Source: Faecalibaculum rodentium (GTDB taxonomy: Bacteria; Bacillota_I; Bacilli_A; Erysipelotrichales; Erysipelotrichaceae). Taken from it: DNA of 32,000 nt. The stretch spans positions 930,001 through 962,000 of the forward strand of contig NZ_CP011391.1 in the NCBI RefSeq assembly GCF_001564455.1. The letters are read 5' to 3'. Shown here in pieces: positions 1 through 9,345 of the stretch. A program made the translations under genes and the position numbers. The notes under the pieces were generated by a model. That model saw nothing but the letters and a program-made list of their open reading frames with translations. It made no database searches and was not told where the DNA came from. Numbering within the stretch: position 1 is the first letter of the stretch; the number at the start of each line of letters is the position of its first letter.

Positions 1-68
1 CTGGATGACTGAAATCCGGACCGGCACAAGGCAGAAAAGGTCACAATAGGAAAAAGGACAGGGAAGCA

Positions 69-656
69 ATGAAGAAGTACTGGAAAAGTCTGTTTGCCGG
101 AGGTGCCGTGGCACTGGCCGGCCGCCTGTATGCAGGAATGGATGACAAAGTGGCGGCAGCCATTCTGTTTTCCTTTGCCCTGTACATGGTCTGTCTGTTC
201 GGACTGGATCTGTTTACAGGCAAAATCGGGTTCATCACGGACAGAGTCAAACCTGTATGGTGGTACGCTGCCGTATTCCTGGGAAATTTTGCCGGGGCTG
301 CAGCGGTGGCCTTCCTGTGCATTGCGGCCGATCCCGGCCTCGTGGCTGCTGCTTCGGCCATGATCGATGCAAAGCTGGCGGTCCCCTGGTGGTCCCTGTT
401 TTTCAGGGGACTGCTGTGCGGCATCCTGATGTATGCGGCGGTGGTGTCCTGGAAAAAATCCGGAAATCCGCTGGGCATCTTCCTGTGCATCCCGATGTTC
501 ATCCTGTCGGGGTTTGAACACAGCATTGCAGACATCAGCTATCTCTGCATGGGTCTGCGGTTCGATTTTCTGCCGGCCTTGCTGCTGATCGCTCTGGGGA
601 ATGCGGCAGGAAGCATTCTCGTGCATGTGACCAGAAATGGTATACTGAAAGTCTGA
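69..656 (+). CDS. Formate/nitrite transporter (FNT) family channel, compact 195-aa form
   Basis: ATG ORF with about six hydrophobic segments. It carries the FNT signature loops LFTGK (omega-loop Thr) and GFEHSIAD (S-loop His). The antisense ORF 41..535 has no recognisable motifs. Confidence 0.8.
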   Translation: MKKYWKSLFAGGAVALAGRLYAGMDDKVAAAILFSFALYMVCLFGLDLFTGKIGFITDRVKPVWWYAAVFLGNFAGAAAVAFLCIAADPGLVAAASAMIDAKLAVPWWSLFFRGLLCGILMYAAVVSWKKSGNPLGIFLCIPMFILSGFEHSIADISYLCMGLRFDFLPALLLIALGNAAGSILVHVTRNGILKV

Positions 657-695
657 TTGTTTCCGGCATGGCCGGACAGGAAAGGAGGCCGGACT

Positions 696-1280
696 GTGAT
701 TGCATTCATAGAAGGCACTGTACGGCAGATCCGGTCTGATTCTGTCGTGGTGCAGACCGGCGGGATCGGATTCGAGATCCTGACACCGGATCCGGCAGCT
801 GTCTCTTCAGGCAGGCAGGGACTCTGGCATATATATGAAAGCATCCGCGAGGATGGATGGACACTGTACGGTTTCACGACCGAAGCCGATTATCAGGTGT
901 TTCTGTCTCTGATCGGCGTCAAGGGAATCGGCCCCAAATCCGCCCTGCAGATCCTGACAAAGGCCGGGGGACGCCGGATCCTGGAGGCTCTGGAAAAGGA
1001 AGATGTGTCCGCTCTGAAGGCTTTGCCGGGCATTGGCCCGAAAACCGCCAGCCAGATGCTGCTGGACATGCGCGGACGCCTGGTGAAGATGCGACCGGAA
1101 GCAGAACCGGCAGCGGCAGGAACCCGGCAGTGGCAGGAGACAGTATCGGCCCTGGAGAACTTTGGCTACAGAAGCCAGGACATAGCTCCGCTGGAGCCCG
1201 AACTGGCTTCCAGGGAGCTGCCGGTCCAGGACATGATCCGGGAAGCCCTGCGGCTTCTGGCGAAACGGAAGGGGGTGTAG
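696..1280 (+). CDS. ruvA: Holliday junction branch migration complex subunit RuvA
   Basis: Frame of track ORF 657..1280. Preferred start is GTG 696, 7 nt after AAAGGAGG (681-688), giving the N-terminus VIAFIEGTV typical of RuvA. Two helix-hairpin-helix motifs are present (GVKGIGPKSA, LPGIGPKTA). It is followed immediately by ruvB. Confidence 0.9.
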   Translation: MIAFIEGTVRQIRSDSVVVQTGGIGFEILTPDPAAVSSGRQGLWHIYESIREDGWTLYGFTTEADYQVFLSLIGVKGIGPKSALQILTKAGGRRILEALEKEDVSALKALPGIGPKTASQMLLDMRGRLVKMRPEAEPAAAGTRQWQETVSALENFGYRSQDIAPLEPELASRELPVQDMIREALRLLAKRKGV

Positions 1281-1283
1281 CCG

Positions 1284-2300
1284 TTGGAAGACAGACTGAT
1301 GGACAGCCGTGAACTGGCACAGGATGAGAAAGAGAGCTCGCTGCGGCCGGGAACGCTGGATGAGTACATAGGACAGCAGTCGCTCAAAGACAATCTTCGT
1401 GTCTTCATACAGGCAGCACGCAGCCGGAATGAGGCACTCGATCACGTCCTGCTGTATGGACCGCCTGGACTGGGAAAGACCACACTGGCGTATATTCTCG
1501 CCAGGGAAATGGGCGGACAGCTCCGTATGGCTTCCGGGCCTGCCATCGAAAAAAGCGGCGACCTGGCTGCGATCCTGTCCACCATTGAACCCGGGGATGT
1601 CCTGTTCATTGACGAAATCCACCGGCTGCCCCGGCAGGTGGAGGAAATCCTTTACCCTGCCATGGAGGACTACTGCCTGGACATTGTGGTGGGAAAGGAT
1701 GCCGGGGTTCACACGATCCGGCTGTCCCTGCCGCCCTTTACTCTGGTTGGCGCCACAACACGTGCCGGCGATCTGTCGGCTCCCCTGCGTGACCGGTTCG
1801 GCATAGTCAGCCAGCTGGAATATTACGGTCTTCCGGAACTGGAAAAAATCGTGGACCGGACATCGCGGGTGATGAATACAGACACGGAGCCGGGTGCCCG
1901 GCGGGAGATTGCCCGAAGAAGCCGCGGTACGCCGCGCATTGCCAACCGTCTGTTCCGCCGGGTGCGGGATTTTGCCCAGGTGTTCAATGACGGATTCGTG
2001 ACGGAAGACATCGCAAGAGAAGCTCTGGACCGCCTAAAGGTGGACCATATGGGGCTCGATTCTGTGGACTACCGGTACCTGACAGGGCTGATCGACCGGT
2101 TCCAGGGAGGACCGGCCGGTCTCGAGGCCCTGGCGGCCTCCATAGGCGAGGAAAGCACCACACTGGAGGATATGTATGAACCGTATCTCCTGCAGATCGG
2201 ATTCATCAACCGGACTCCGCGTGGACGGGTGGCAACACCCAGAGCCTATGCCCACCTGGGAAGAAAAGGGGACGACGGATGTCAGAATCAGTCAGAGTGA
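1284..2300 (+). CDS. ruvB: Holliday junction DNA helicase RuvB (AAA+ ATPase)
   Basis: Walker [10 protein letters not shown] and Walker [11 protein letters not shown] are present, with RuvB-type conserved blocks ([26 protein letters not shown]). TTG 1284 follows AAGGGGGTG; the alternative start is ATG 1299. Confidence 0.95.
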   Translation: MEDRLMDSRELAQDEKESSLRPGTLDEYIGQQSLKDNLRVFIQAARSRNEALDHVLLYGPPGLGKTTLAYILAREMGGQLRMASGPAIEKSGDLAAILSTIEPGDVLFIDEIHRLPRQVEEILYPAMEDYCLDIVVGKDAGVHTIRLSLPPFTLVGATTRAGDLSAPLRDRFGIVSQLEYYGLPELEKIVDRTSRVMNTDTEPGARREIARRSRGTPRIANRLFRRVRDFAQVFNDGFVTEDIAREALDRLKVDHMGLDSVDYRYLTGLIDRFQGGPAGLEALAASIGEESTTLEDMYEPYLLQIGFINRTPRGRVATPRAYAHLGRKGDDGCQNQSE

Positions 2301-3853
2301 CACCTGAAATGCTGCTGCCCCTGGCCTGTAAAATTCTCGGGCGCCTGGAACCGGACCAGTCGAGATGGATGACATGGCTTGAAACACCCGAACTGCACAG
2401 TCCGTCTCAGGCAGATGCAGTGGTCCAGGCTGCTGCCCGCCTGAAACAGGCTGCGGCCAGTCACGAAAAAGTGATCGTGGCCGGTGACTATGATGCAGAC
2501 GGTATCCTGGGCACGGCGATTCTGACCGGTGCCCTGCGGCGTCAGGGCATAGAAACGGGATTTTACATTCCGGACCGCATTCGGGAGGGGTATGGACTCC
2601 AGGAAAAAACGGTGCGGCTCGCACACGAGAAGGGTTATTCGCTGCTGGTGACTGTGGACAACGGTGTCAGGGCAGAAGAAGCCCTGGCCTGTGCCGCAGA
2701 TCTTGGGATGGATGTGATCGTTACGGATCATCATCAGTTTGAGACACCGCCGCAGGCCGCATGGTTCGTGCATCCGGCACTGATGGAGCCTGAGTTTTCC
2801 ACTCTGTGCGGGGCTGCAGTTGCCTGTGAGCTCCTGCGACATGCCGGGTGGGCAACAGACTACGAACTGCTGCTGGCAGGTCTGGCCAGTGTGGGAGACC
2901 AGATGGCAGTCACCGGGCAGACACGGGCATTGATTTTTCAGGCTCTCGAGCAGCTGAAAACAGATTGTGATCCTCACGTCCGGCTGCTGGCACAGGGAAT
3001 CCCGGAGAATGAAACGGATCTGTCCTTCCAGGTGATTCCCAAAATCAATGCGCTGGGGCGGCTCTCGGATCTGGCCAACGCGAACAATGCTGTGCGGTTC
3101 TTTCTCACAGACGATTTTCGTCAGATTTCCTCCCTGGCGCAGGGCATCTGTCAGATTAATGACCGCCGCCGCGAGATGTCCGGACGAATGGTGCAGGAAG
3201 CACAGTCACGGGTCCGGCCCGGATCAACCGTGATCTTTCTGGAGGACCCGACATGGCATGAAGGCATCATCGGCCTGGCCGCAGGGAGCCTGTGTGAAAC
3301 CACCGGCCGGCCGGTGATCCTGGCAGCCCGGGGACAGAGCGGACTGAAATGCAGCATGCGCTCCCCGGAAGGGGTGGACTGCATGGACCTCCTGAAGGGA
3401 TTTGACCGGTTTGTCACCCTGGGGGGTCACAGCCGGGCAGCAGGCTTTTCCCTTGATCTGAAAGACAGAGACGATTTTGAGGCCTATCTGAAAACAGTCA
3501 CGGTCCCCCATGCGCAAAAAGCGGATCCGCTGGATGTAAAAGCAGCGGACCTCACGGTCCCGGCCATCCGCCAGCTGGATGCACTGCGTCCCTTTGGAAC
3601 GGGTTTCGAGCTTCCGGAACTGCGGATCCAGGATCCTGCTGTCGCTTTTGTCCGTGACCTGAGCGCCGGCCGTCACCGGCGGTATGTGCTGGAAAACGGT
3701 CTGGAAGCCATGCGGTTTAATCAGCCTGATTCAGAAAAGACTCTGTCGCCAAACCAGATCCGCTGGCTGACGGGCAAACCGTCCGTGAATGTCTGGATGC
3801 AGACGGCCAGGCCGCAGCTTATACTCAGCGCTGTGGGGACCTCACAGGAATAA
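2279..3853 (+). CDS. recJ: Single-stranded-DNA-specific exonuclease RecJ (DHH/DHHA1), short 524-aa form
   Basis: DHH-family motifs are present in order: [20 protein letters not shown] and the DHHA1 motif [10 protein letters not shown]. It overlaps the ruvB 3' end by 22 nt. AAAGGGGA lies upstream of the ATG. Confidence 0.9.
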   Translation: MSESVRVTPEMLLPLACKILGRLEPDQSRWMTWLETPELHSPSQADAVVQAAARLKQAAASHEKVIVAGDYDADGILGTAILTGALRRQGIETGFYIPDRIREGYGLQEKTVRLAHEKGYSLLVTVDNGVRAEEALACAADLGMDVIVTDHHQFETPPQAAWFVHPALMEPEFSTLCGAAVACELLRHAGWATDYELLLAGLASVGDQMAVTGQTRALIFQALEQLKTDCDPHVRLLAQGIPENETDLSFQVIPKINALGRLSDLANANNAVRFFLTDDFRQISSLAQGICQINDRRREMSGRMVQEAQSRVRPGSTVIFLEDPTWHEGIIGLAAGSLCETTGRPVILAARGQSGLKCSMRSPEGVDCMDLLKGFDRFVTLGGHSRAAGFSLDLKDRDDFEAYLKTVTVPHAQKADPLDVKAADLTVPAIRQLDALRPFGTGFELPELRIQDPAVAFVRDLSAGRHRRYVLENGLEAMRFNQPDSEKTLSPNQIRWLTGKPSVNVWMQTARPQLILSAVGTSQE

Positions 3854-3931
3854 CTTGAATCAAAACGGCAGAGGGTCTGACGGCTTCTGCCAGTGCAGAT
3901 ATACCGTCAGAACTGAAGGAGACGATCGACC

Positions 3932-4453
3932 ATGGAACTCAATGACTACATCGCCAGCATCCCCGGCTTTCCCAGGGAAGGCATCATTTTCCGCGACATC
4001 ACCCCGATTCTCGCATCCCCGAAAGCCATGCGCCATGTGACCCGCAAACTGGCTGACTTTATCGAAGACCAGAATGCGACACTCGTTCTGGCGCCCGAAG
4101 CCAGAGGGTTTCTTTTCGGTCTTCCCGCAGCTGTGGAAGCGGATGTGGCGTTTGCGCCTGTCCGCAAACCCGGCAAGCTGCCACGGACCGTGGTGGAGGA
4201 AACCTATGACCTGGAGTACGGTACCGACACCCTGCAGATCCATGCAGATGCCATCCAACCCGGTGACCGGGTGGTGATCGTGGATGATCTGCTTGCCACC
4301 GGAGGCACCGTGCAGGCAATCCGCCATATGGCGGAAAAATGCGGTGCTGAAGTTGTCGGCACAGCGTTCGTTGTGGAACTGGACGACCTGAAGGGAAGGG
4401 ACCGCCTGGAGGATGTTCCGATTCTCTCTCTGGTTCATTACGAAGGAGAATAA
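3932..4453 (+). CDS. apt: Adenine phosphoribosyltransferase
   Basis: 173 aa with the typical Apt N-terminus (IPGFPREGIIFRDITP) and PRPP-binding motif VVIVDDLLATGGT. RBS GAAGGAGA lies upstream. Confidence 0.95.
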   Translation: MELNDYIASIPGFPREGIIFRDITPILASPKAMRHVTRKLADFIEDQNATLVLAPEARGFLFGLPAAVEADVAFAPVRKPGKLPRTVVEETYDLEYGTDTLQIHADAIQPGDRVVIVDDLLATGGTVQAIRHMAEKCGAEVVGTAFVVELDDLKGRDRLEDVPILSLVHYEGE

Positions 4454-4521
4454 CAGCTGAAGCGGATGCCTCTGACTGACCGGAAAGAGGTGCTGCACCC
4501 TGCCGATGGAAAGGAGGACAC

Positions 4522-6723
4522 ATGAGCAGACGGAAATCAGTGACATTCGAGGAGTGCTTTGCCAATATACAGACGTACATCCGGAAGCCGGAAAATCTGG
4601 CCCTGATCGAAAAGGCCTGGCAGTTTGCCCACAAACACCATGAAGGGCAGTTCCGCAAAAGTGGGGAGCCCTATGAAATCCATGTCATCCAGGTCGCTTA
4701 CATCCTTTCCACGCTTCACTCGAGCCCCACAACCATCGTGTCAGGCCTGCTGCATGATACGGTGGAAGACTGCGAGGAAGTGACCACGGATATCATCCGC
4801 GAGGAATTCGGCCAGGATGTGGCGGCGATCGTGGAGGCCGTCACAAAAATCGGCGCCATCAAATTCAAGGACGAAAAGGAGTACCTGGCCAGCAACCACA
4901 GAAAGCTGTTCATTGCCATGGCCAAGGACATCCGGGTGATTCTCGTAAAGCTCGCGGACCGGCTTCACAATATGCGGACTCTGCAGTACATGAAGCCCGA
5001 GAAGCAGAAAAAAATTTCCAATGAGACACTGTCCGTATATGCGCCCATTGCACACCGCCTGGGTATCTCCCAGGTCAAAAACGAACTGGAAGATCTTTCC
5101 TTCAAGTACCTGGAACCGGCAAAATACGAAGAAATCAAGAATCTGGTCCGCCAGCGGGAGGAAGACCGCAATGATCAGGTCCAGATGATGATCAAAGAGA
5201 TCCAGGATATGCTGGATGTATATCACATTCCTTACCGGATCTTCGGGCGCAGCAAGCATTTCTATTCCATCTACAAGAAAATGATCACCAAGAACAAGCG
5301 CTTCGAGGAGATCCTGGACCTGCTGGCTATCCGCATCGTCACAGACACCGAGCTGCACTGCTATGAAATCCTTGGCTACATTCACGCCAAATACCGCCCC
5401 ATTCCGGGACGGTTCAAGGACTACATTGCCATGCCCAAGGCCAACATGTACCAGTCCCTGCATACCACGGTGGTGGAACCGACCTGCGGCAGTATTTTCG
5501 AGATCCAGATCCGGACCGAGGATATGGATGCGGTTGCGGAACGGGGCATTGCGGCGCATTACCGCTACAAGGAATCGCCGGATACAGCCGCACTGGGCCA
5601 GAAAGAGCTGGAGGACAAGCTGACCTGGTTCCGGGATTTTTCCATGATGACGGATGAGGAAAGCGAAGATCCGCTGGAGTACATGAATGTGCTCCAGAAG
5701 GATATATTTGAAGCCAATGTCTACTGCATGACACCCCGTGGAAAGATCATTGCACTGCCCCAGGGATCGTGTCCCATTGACTTTGCCTATCGTGTTCACA
5801 CGGAAGTGGGACACAAGACAGTTGGAGCCACAGTAAACGGTGCCATAGTTCCGCTGAATACCCAGCTTAAGACCGGGGATGTGGTTTCGATCCTCACGAA
5901 CAAGAATTCTCCGGGACCGTCGGCGGACTGGATCAAAATCGTGAAATCCGGCCATGCCCGCAACAAGATCCGGGCTTTCCTGCAGAAACGGGACCAGCAG
6001 GACCGGAAAGACCGGGTGCATCAGGGTCAGCAGATGCTGGAAGACGAACTCCGGCGGCTCAAAGGCGATGCAAAGGATCTCGATATCCGCAAGGTGGAAT
6101 CCATCCTTTCCAGTCTTTCCCTGAAAAGCGCGGACGATCTTTTTGCCGGCCTGGCTGACAGAAAGATCAGTCTGCAGGCCGTAACCGACCGCCTGATCCG
6201 CAACAAGCCCGGTGCTGTGGATGACGAAGAGATCATGAAGATCTACAATCGGGCTGCCGGGCGCAGTCACCGGACCTCGGAATGCGGTGTGGTGGTCCCC
6301 GGCATTGACACGATCCAGGTCTCGCTGGCAAACTGCTGCTCCCCGATCCCCGGCGATTCGATCATTGGCTATATATCCAAGGGGCAGGGCGTCAAGGTGC
6401 ACCGGACGGACTGTCCGAACATCGTCAATGAGAAAAAGCGGCTGATTCCCGTGAACTGGGACCAGGAACCGGAGGACAAGCAGTATGAAGTGAAACTGCT
6501 GATCCGCAGTGACGACAGAAACTACCTGCTGTCCGATATTGTCACGACTCTGCAGCAGAACAATGCCGCACTGAAACACGTGGATTCTGCAGTGGATGAC
6601 AACAACCTCACCGCCACGACGAAACTGACCGTGGGAGTGCATGATGCCAGACATCTGACGACCCTCATGGCCAATCTCAAGAAAGTCCGCAGCGTGAATG
6701 AAGTGATCCGGACGATACAGTGA
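4522..6723 (+). CDS. rel: Bifunctional (p)ppGpp synthetase/hydrolase (RelA/SpoT homolog, long RSH)
   Basis: 733 aa. It has the HD hydrolase motif (HDTVEDC) and the synthetase block (LHTTV...EIQIRTEDMDAVAERGIAAHYRYK), plus TGS-like and C-terminal ACT-like regions. RBS GGAAAGGAGGA lies upstream. The recJ-apt-rel order is as in many Bacillota. Confidence 0.95.
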   Translation: MSRRKSVTFEECFANIQTYIRKPENLALIEKAWQFAHKHHEGQFRKSGEPYEIHVIQVAYILSTLHSSPTTIVSGLLHDTVEDCEEVTTDIIREEFGQDVAAIVEAVTKIGAIKFKDEKEYLASNHRKLFIAMAKDIRVILVKLADRLHNMRTLQYMKPEKQKKISNETLSVYAPIAHRLGISQVKNELEDLSFKYLEPAKYEEIKNLVRQREEDRNDQVQMMIKEIQDMLDVYHIPYRIFGRSKHFYSIYKKMITKNKRFEEILDLLAIRIVTDTELHCYEILGYIHAKYRPIPGRFKDYIAMPKANMYQSLHTTVVEPTCGSIFEIQIRTEDMDAVAERGIAAHYRYKESPDTAALGQKELEDKLTWFRDFSMMTDEESEDPLEYMNVLQKDIFEANVYCMTPRGKIIALPQGSCPIDFAYRVHTEVGHKTVGATVNGAIVPLNTQLKTGDVVSILTNKNSPGPSADWIKIVKSGHARNKIRAFLQKRDQQDRKDRVHQGQQMLEDELRRLKGDAKDLDIRKVESILSSLSLKSADDLFAGLADRKISLQAVTDRLIRNKPGAVDDEEIMKIYNRAAGRSHRTSECGVVVPGIDTIQVSLANCCSPIPGDSIIGYISKGQGVKVHRTDCPNIVNEKKRLIPVNWDQEPEDKQYEVKLLIRSDDRNYLLSDIVTTLQQNNAALKHVDSAVDDNNLTATTKLTVGVHDARHLTTLMANLKKVRSVNEVIRTIQ

Positions 6724-6757
6724 TCGGGAACAGGAACAGAAGAAAGGAGCCGGGTGC

Positions 6758-7690
6758 ATGAAGCGTCTTCTGCAGCTCAAGCGCGCCATACAGTCAATGG
6801 AAGACAACCCGCAGGACCAGGTTCCGTTTCTGGAGGAAGCCGCAGCCCTGGGTGACTATGACAGCATCCGGACGCTGATTCACTGCTATACCTATGGAGA
6901 CTACGGCCTGGAGCCGGACCCCGTCCAGGCTTGCCGATACACCGTGCTCGGCGCACAGCTCGGGGAAGGATGGTGTCTGTACAACGCTGCCATCTGCGCA
7001 CAGGAAGGGCGTGGCTGTCCTGTGGACCTGCCGCAGGCCATGACCTGGATGAAACAGGCCGCCGCAGCTGATGTCCCGGAAGCCTGGCTGCCCTGTGCCC
7101 GCATGCTCATGAGCCGGGAGAAAGACTTTGCGGAAGCAAGAAGGCTGATCTGTCATGCGATTGCCCATGGCCAGGAAGAGGAAGGCAGACTCCTGCTTGG
7201 CCGGCTCTGCTCGGAAGAAGGCATGAACCTGCTCGAAGACGGAAAACACAGGGCTGCGGAACAGGTGCTCCTGGAAGGGGCGGCTTTGGACGATGCAGAC
7301 TGCCTTGTCAGCCTGGCCTTTGAATACTCCATTGAAGACGGCGTGGGACAGGATCCGCAGAAGACCTTTGACTGCAGCATGAGAGCTGCGGATCTAGGTC
7401 ACCCGGCAGGCATGTACAATGTGTCCATGTGCCTTCGGGAAGGTGTCGGAACCGCCCAGGATCCCCGAAAGGCCTTTGAATGGATGAAAAATGCGGCCAA
7501 ATCTGGATTTGACGAAGCGGCACTTCCGCTGGCCCAGCATTATCATTACGGGATAGGGGTGCATCCCGATGACAGACAGGCCCGGTTCTGGCTTGAGAAA
7601 GCGCTGGAAACGGAACAGGATCCCGACCGTCGGGAGATGGCTCAAAAGCTGAAACAGAAACTGGAGGCCCAGGCTCAACCGCAGTCCTGA
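6758..7690 (+). CDS. Sel1-like repeat (SLR/TPR-like) protein, no signal peptide
   Basis: 310 aa with reiterated ~36-aa SLR units. Examples are DPQKTFDCSMRAADLGHPAGMYNVSMCLREGVGTAQDPRKAFEWMKNAAKSGFDEAALPLAQHYHYGIGV. RBS GAAAGGAG lies upstream. The N-terminus is hydrophilic, not secretory. Confidence 0.8.
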   Translation: MKRLLQLKRAIQSMEDNPQDQVPFLEEAAALGDYDSIRTLIHCYTYGDYGLEPDPVQACRYTVLGAQLGEGWCLYNAAICAQEGRGCPVDLPQAMTWMKQAAAADVPEAWLPCARMLMSREKDFAEARRLICHAIAHGQEEEGRLLLGRLCSEEGMNLLEDGKHRAAEQVLLEGAALDDADCLVSLAFEYSIEDGVGQDPQKTFDCSMRAADLGHPAGMYNVSMCLREGVGTAQDPRKAFEWMKNAAKSGFDEAALPLAQHYHYGIGVHPDDRQARFWLEKALETEQDPDRREMAQKLKQKLEAQAQPQS

Positions 7691-7822
7691 GCCTTCTTTT
7701 CCGTTCTGGCATTCAGCCGGGAATCTCCGTCGCAAAGGGCACGGCAAAGGCCCTGTCTGCACGTTTTCACTATACTGATAGGTGTAATGAATCCGGCGGC
7801 ATGCAGGCAGGAGGTCAGGGCT

Positions 7823-8632
7823 ATGGCGGACTACCAGTCTCTCAATACACAGCAGTTCACATCATGGATCCGCAGTCTGGAGACTGCCTCCTGCAGCGGG
7901 GACCTGGAGAGCACGCTTGTGCTTAGACAGTGTTATCTGGAGGGAGCACCGGGCCTGCAGGCAGATCCGGGACAGGCGCTTCACTATACCTGGGTGGCTG
8001 CCACACAGGGAGATCCGAGGTCTATGTATCATACGGCTGTGGTGGAATATGCACAGGGAAAATTCGAATCCAGTGCCCGATGGATGCTGCGGTCCTGGCG
8101 TACGGGCATCCGGGAGGCAAGCTTCGGGCTGGCCAGAGCCTATGCCTATGGCAGGGGGCTGAGGCAGGATCTGCGGCTTGCACTGGAGTATCTGGATGAC
8201 GCCAGAGAGTGTGATGCAGAACCCGGACAGCGGGAATCGCTGAGGCAGTGGGTGGTGACGAAACTGGTCACAAGACTCCTGTCAGAAAATGCGGGGCAGG
8301 AGGCAGTGCAGATCCTCGAGCGGGAAAACAATGCATTTGCGAGCCTGTGGCTGGCAGATCTGGACAGAGACCGGGAGCAGACCTGGCTGCTGAAGGCGAA
8401 TGACCAGGGAAATCCGGAAGCCATGTTCCGGCTGGCCATGAAAGCCGCCCCAGGCAGTGCAGAGAGTTTTGAGTACATGCGCAATGCTGCCAAGGCCGGA
8501 TACCGCCAGGCCTGGCTGCCCCTTGCCGACTGCTACAGCAGCTGCGGGATCCATCCATGCCCCATGCAGGAACGCCGCTGGAAAAACTCCAGTGCCGTTG
8601 CCAGAGAGCTGCCGCCGTTTCCGGCTGACTGA
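7823..8632 (+). CDS. Sel1-like repeat protein, paralogous architecture to the upstream gene
   Basis: Frame of track ORF 7787..8632. ATG 7823 lies 8 nt after AGGAGG (7809-7814). SLR-like units are present (DPGQALHYTWVAATQGDPRSMYHTA..., FEYMRNAAKAGYRQAWLPLADCY). No signal peptide is apparent. Confidence 0.75.
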   Translation: MADYQSLNTQQFTSWIRSLETASCSGDLESTLVLRQCYLEGAPGLQADPGQALHYTWVAATQGDPRSMYHTAVVEYAQGKFESSARWMLRSWRTGIREASFGLARAYAYGRGLRQDLRLALEYLDDARECDAEPGQRESLRQWVVTKLVTRLLSENAGQEAVQILERENNAFASLWLADLDRDREQTWLLKANDQGNPEAMFRLAMKAAPGSAESFEYMRNAAKAGYRQAWLPLADCYSSCGIHPCPMQERRWKNSSAVARELPPFPAD

Positions 8633-8636
8633 CAAA

Positions 8637-8660
8637 CACCGCCACTGTGCGGTTTTTTTG
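8637..8660 (+). terminator. Intrinsic terminator after the second Sel1 gene
   Basis: ACCGC-cactgt-GCGGT hairpin followed by T7, starting 5 nt after the stop codon. The stem is short at 5 bp. Confidence 0.55.
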
Positions 8661-8704
8661 TCCGACCGACTGAATCGGAGGATGCTTCCCTTTACAGATA
8701 GAGA

Positions 8705-8734
8705 CAAAAAACCGGCATCAGCAGTTGATTCCGG
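8705..8734 (-). terminator. Intrinsic terminator of the minus-strand tmcAL-DUF218 operon
   Basis: On the minus strand: CCGGaATCA-actgc-TGATgCCGG followed by TTTTTT. It lies about 30 nt downstream of the DUF218 stop and is convergent with the + strand terminator at 8637. Confidence 0.55.
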
Positions 8735-8763
8735 TTTCTGTTATGAGGCTGGTCGGCAGCAGA

Positions 8764-9345
8764 TCACTCAGCGCTGCCGCCAGCAAGTTTTTTCAGTTCC
8801 ATCACCATGTAGATTTTCCGGCTCACCAGTTCACGCAGAACGTGCTTCAGCCGGTTTTCACGGTAGGTCTGGACAGCCACATCCGAGAAGAAGTGCCTGG
8901 CCATGGCCTGTGCCCGCGGTGCATGCAGGCTGGAGGTCAGCAGCAGGACAGGAACATCACCGATAATTTCCCGGGTGTTTTTCAGGTTCTCCCAGGTGGT
9001 TCGTGACTTGTCTTCGATCACGACCGGAATCGGACACCGGGTGCGGATGTAGGCAGCCATGGTCTGTGCTTCCGGCCACTTGTTTTTGACGGCCCCGCCT
9101 GTGATGACCAGGGTGCGGTAGGAACTCCAGGCAGCCATGGCCAGCCGGCAGCGTTCCACCTGGGACCGTGACATGGATCCGTCCTTTCTGCAGGGACAGC
9201 CCAGCAGAATGGCAAAGGGATACTGTTTTCGGGGCTTCTTCACCGGCGGCAGCAGCCACAGATACAGTCCTGCAGCCAGAGCTGTCAGTCCGAGCAGCCA
9301 TGTAAGAACCGGATGACTCCGGCGGGATGTGTTTTTTCTACGCAT
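8764..9345 (-). CDS. DUF218 (YdcF/ElyC/SanA-like) membrane-anchored protein
   Basis: 193 aa with an N-terminal TM helix (VLTWLLGLTALAAGLYLWLL). The DUF218-like core includes LVITGG..., EAQTMAAY and LLLTSSLHAPRA. RBS AAGGGAG lies 5 nt upstream. The start overlaps the tmcAL stop by 8 nt. Confidence 0.8.
   Translation of the reverse strand: MRRKNTSRRSHPVLTWLLGLTALAAGLYLWLLPPVKKPRKQYPFAILLGCPCRKDGSMSRSQVERCRLAMAAWSSYRTLVITGGAVKNKWPEAQTMAAYIRTRCPIPVVIEDKSRTTWENLKNTREIIGDVPVLLLTSSLHAPRAQAMARHFFSDVAVQTYRENRLKHVLRELVSRKIYMVMELKKLAGGSAE

Noticed and set aside
807-1712. 301-aa minus-strand ORF across the ruvA/ruvB junction
   Set aside because: This is an antisense shadow. The ruvA and ruvB frames are unambiguous.
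4741-6807. 688-aa ORF on the minus strand, antisense to rel
   Set aside because: It has no recognisable motifs and its composition is Arg/His/Gly/Val-rich and low in information. It lies entirely opposite a very well supported rel gene. Long stop-free antisense frames are expected with GC-rich third positions.
8457-8966. 169-aa + strand ORF crossing the convergent intergenic region into the DUF218 gene
   Set aside because: It reads through two facing terminators and lies out of frame or antisense to supported genes. It has no RBS or motifs.
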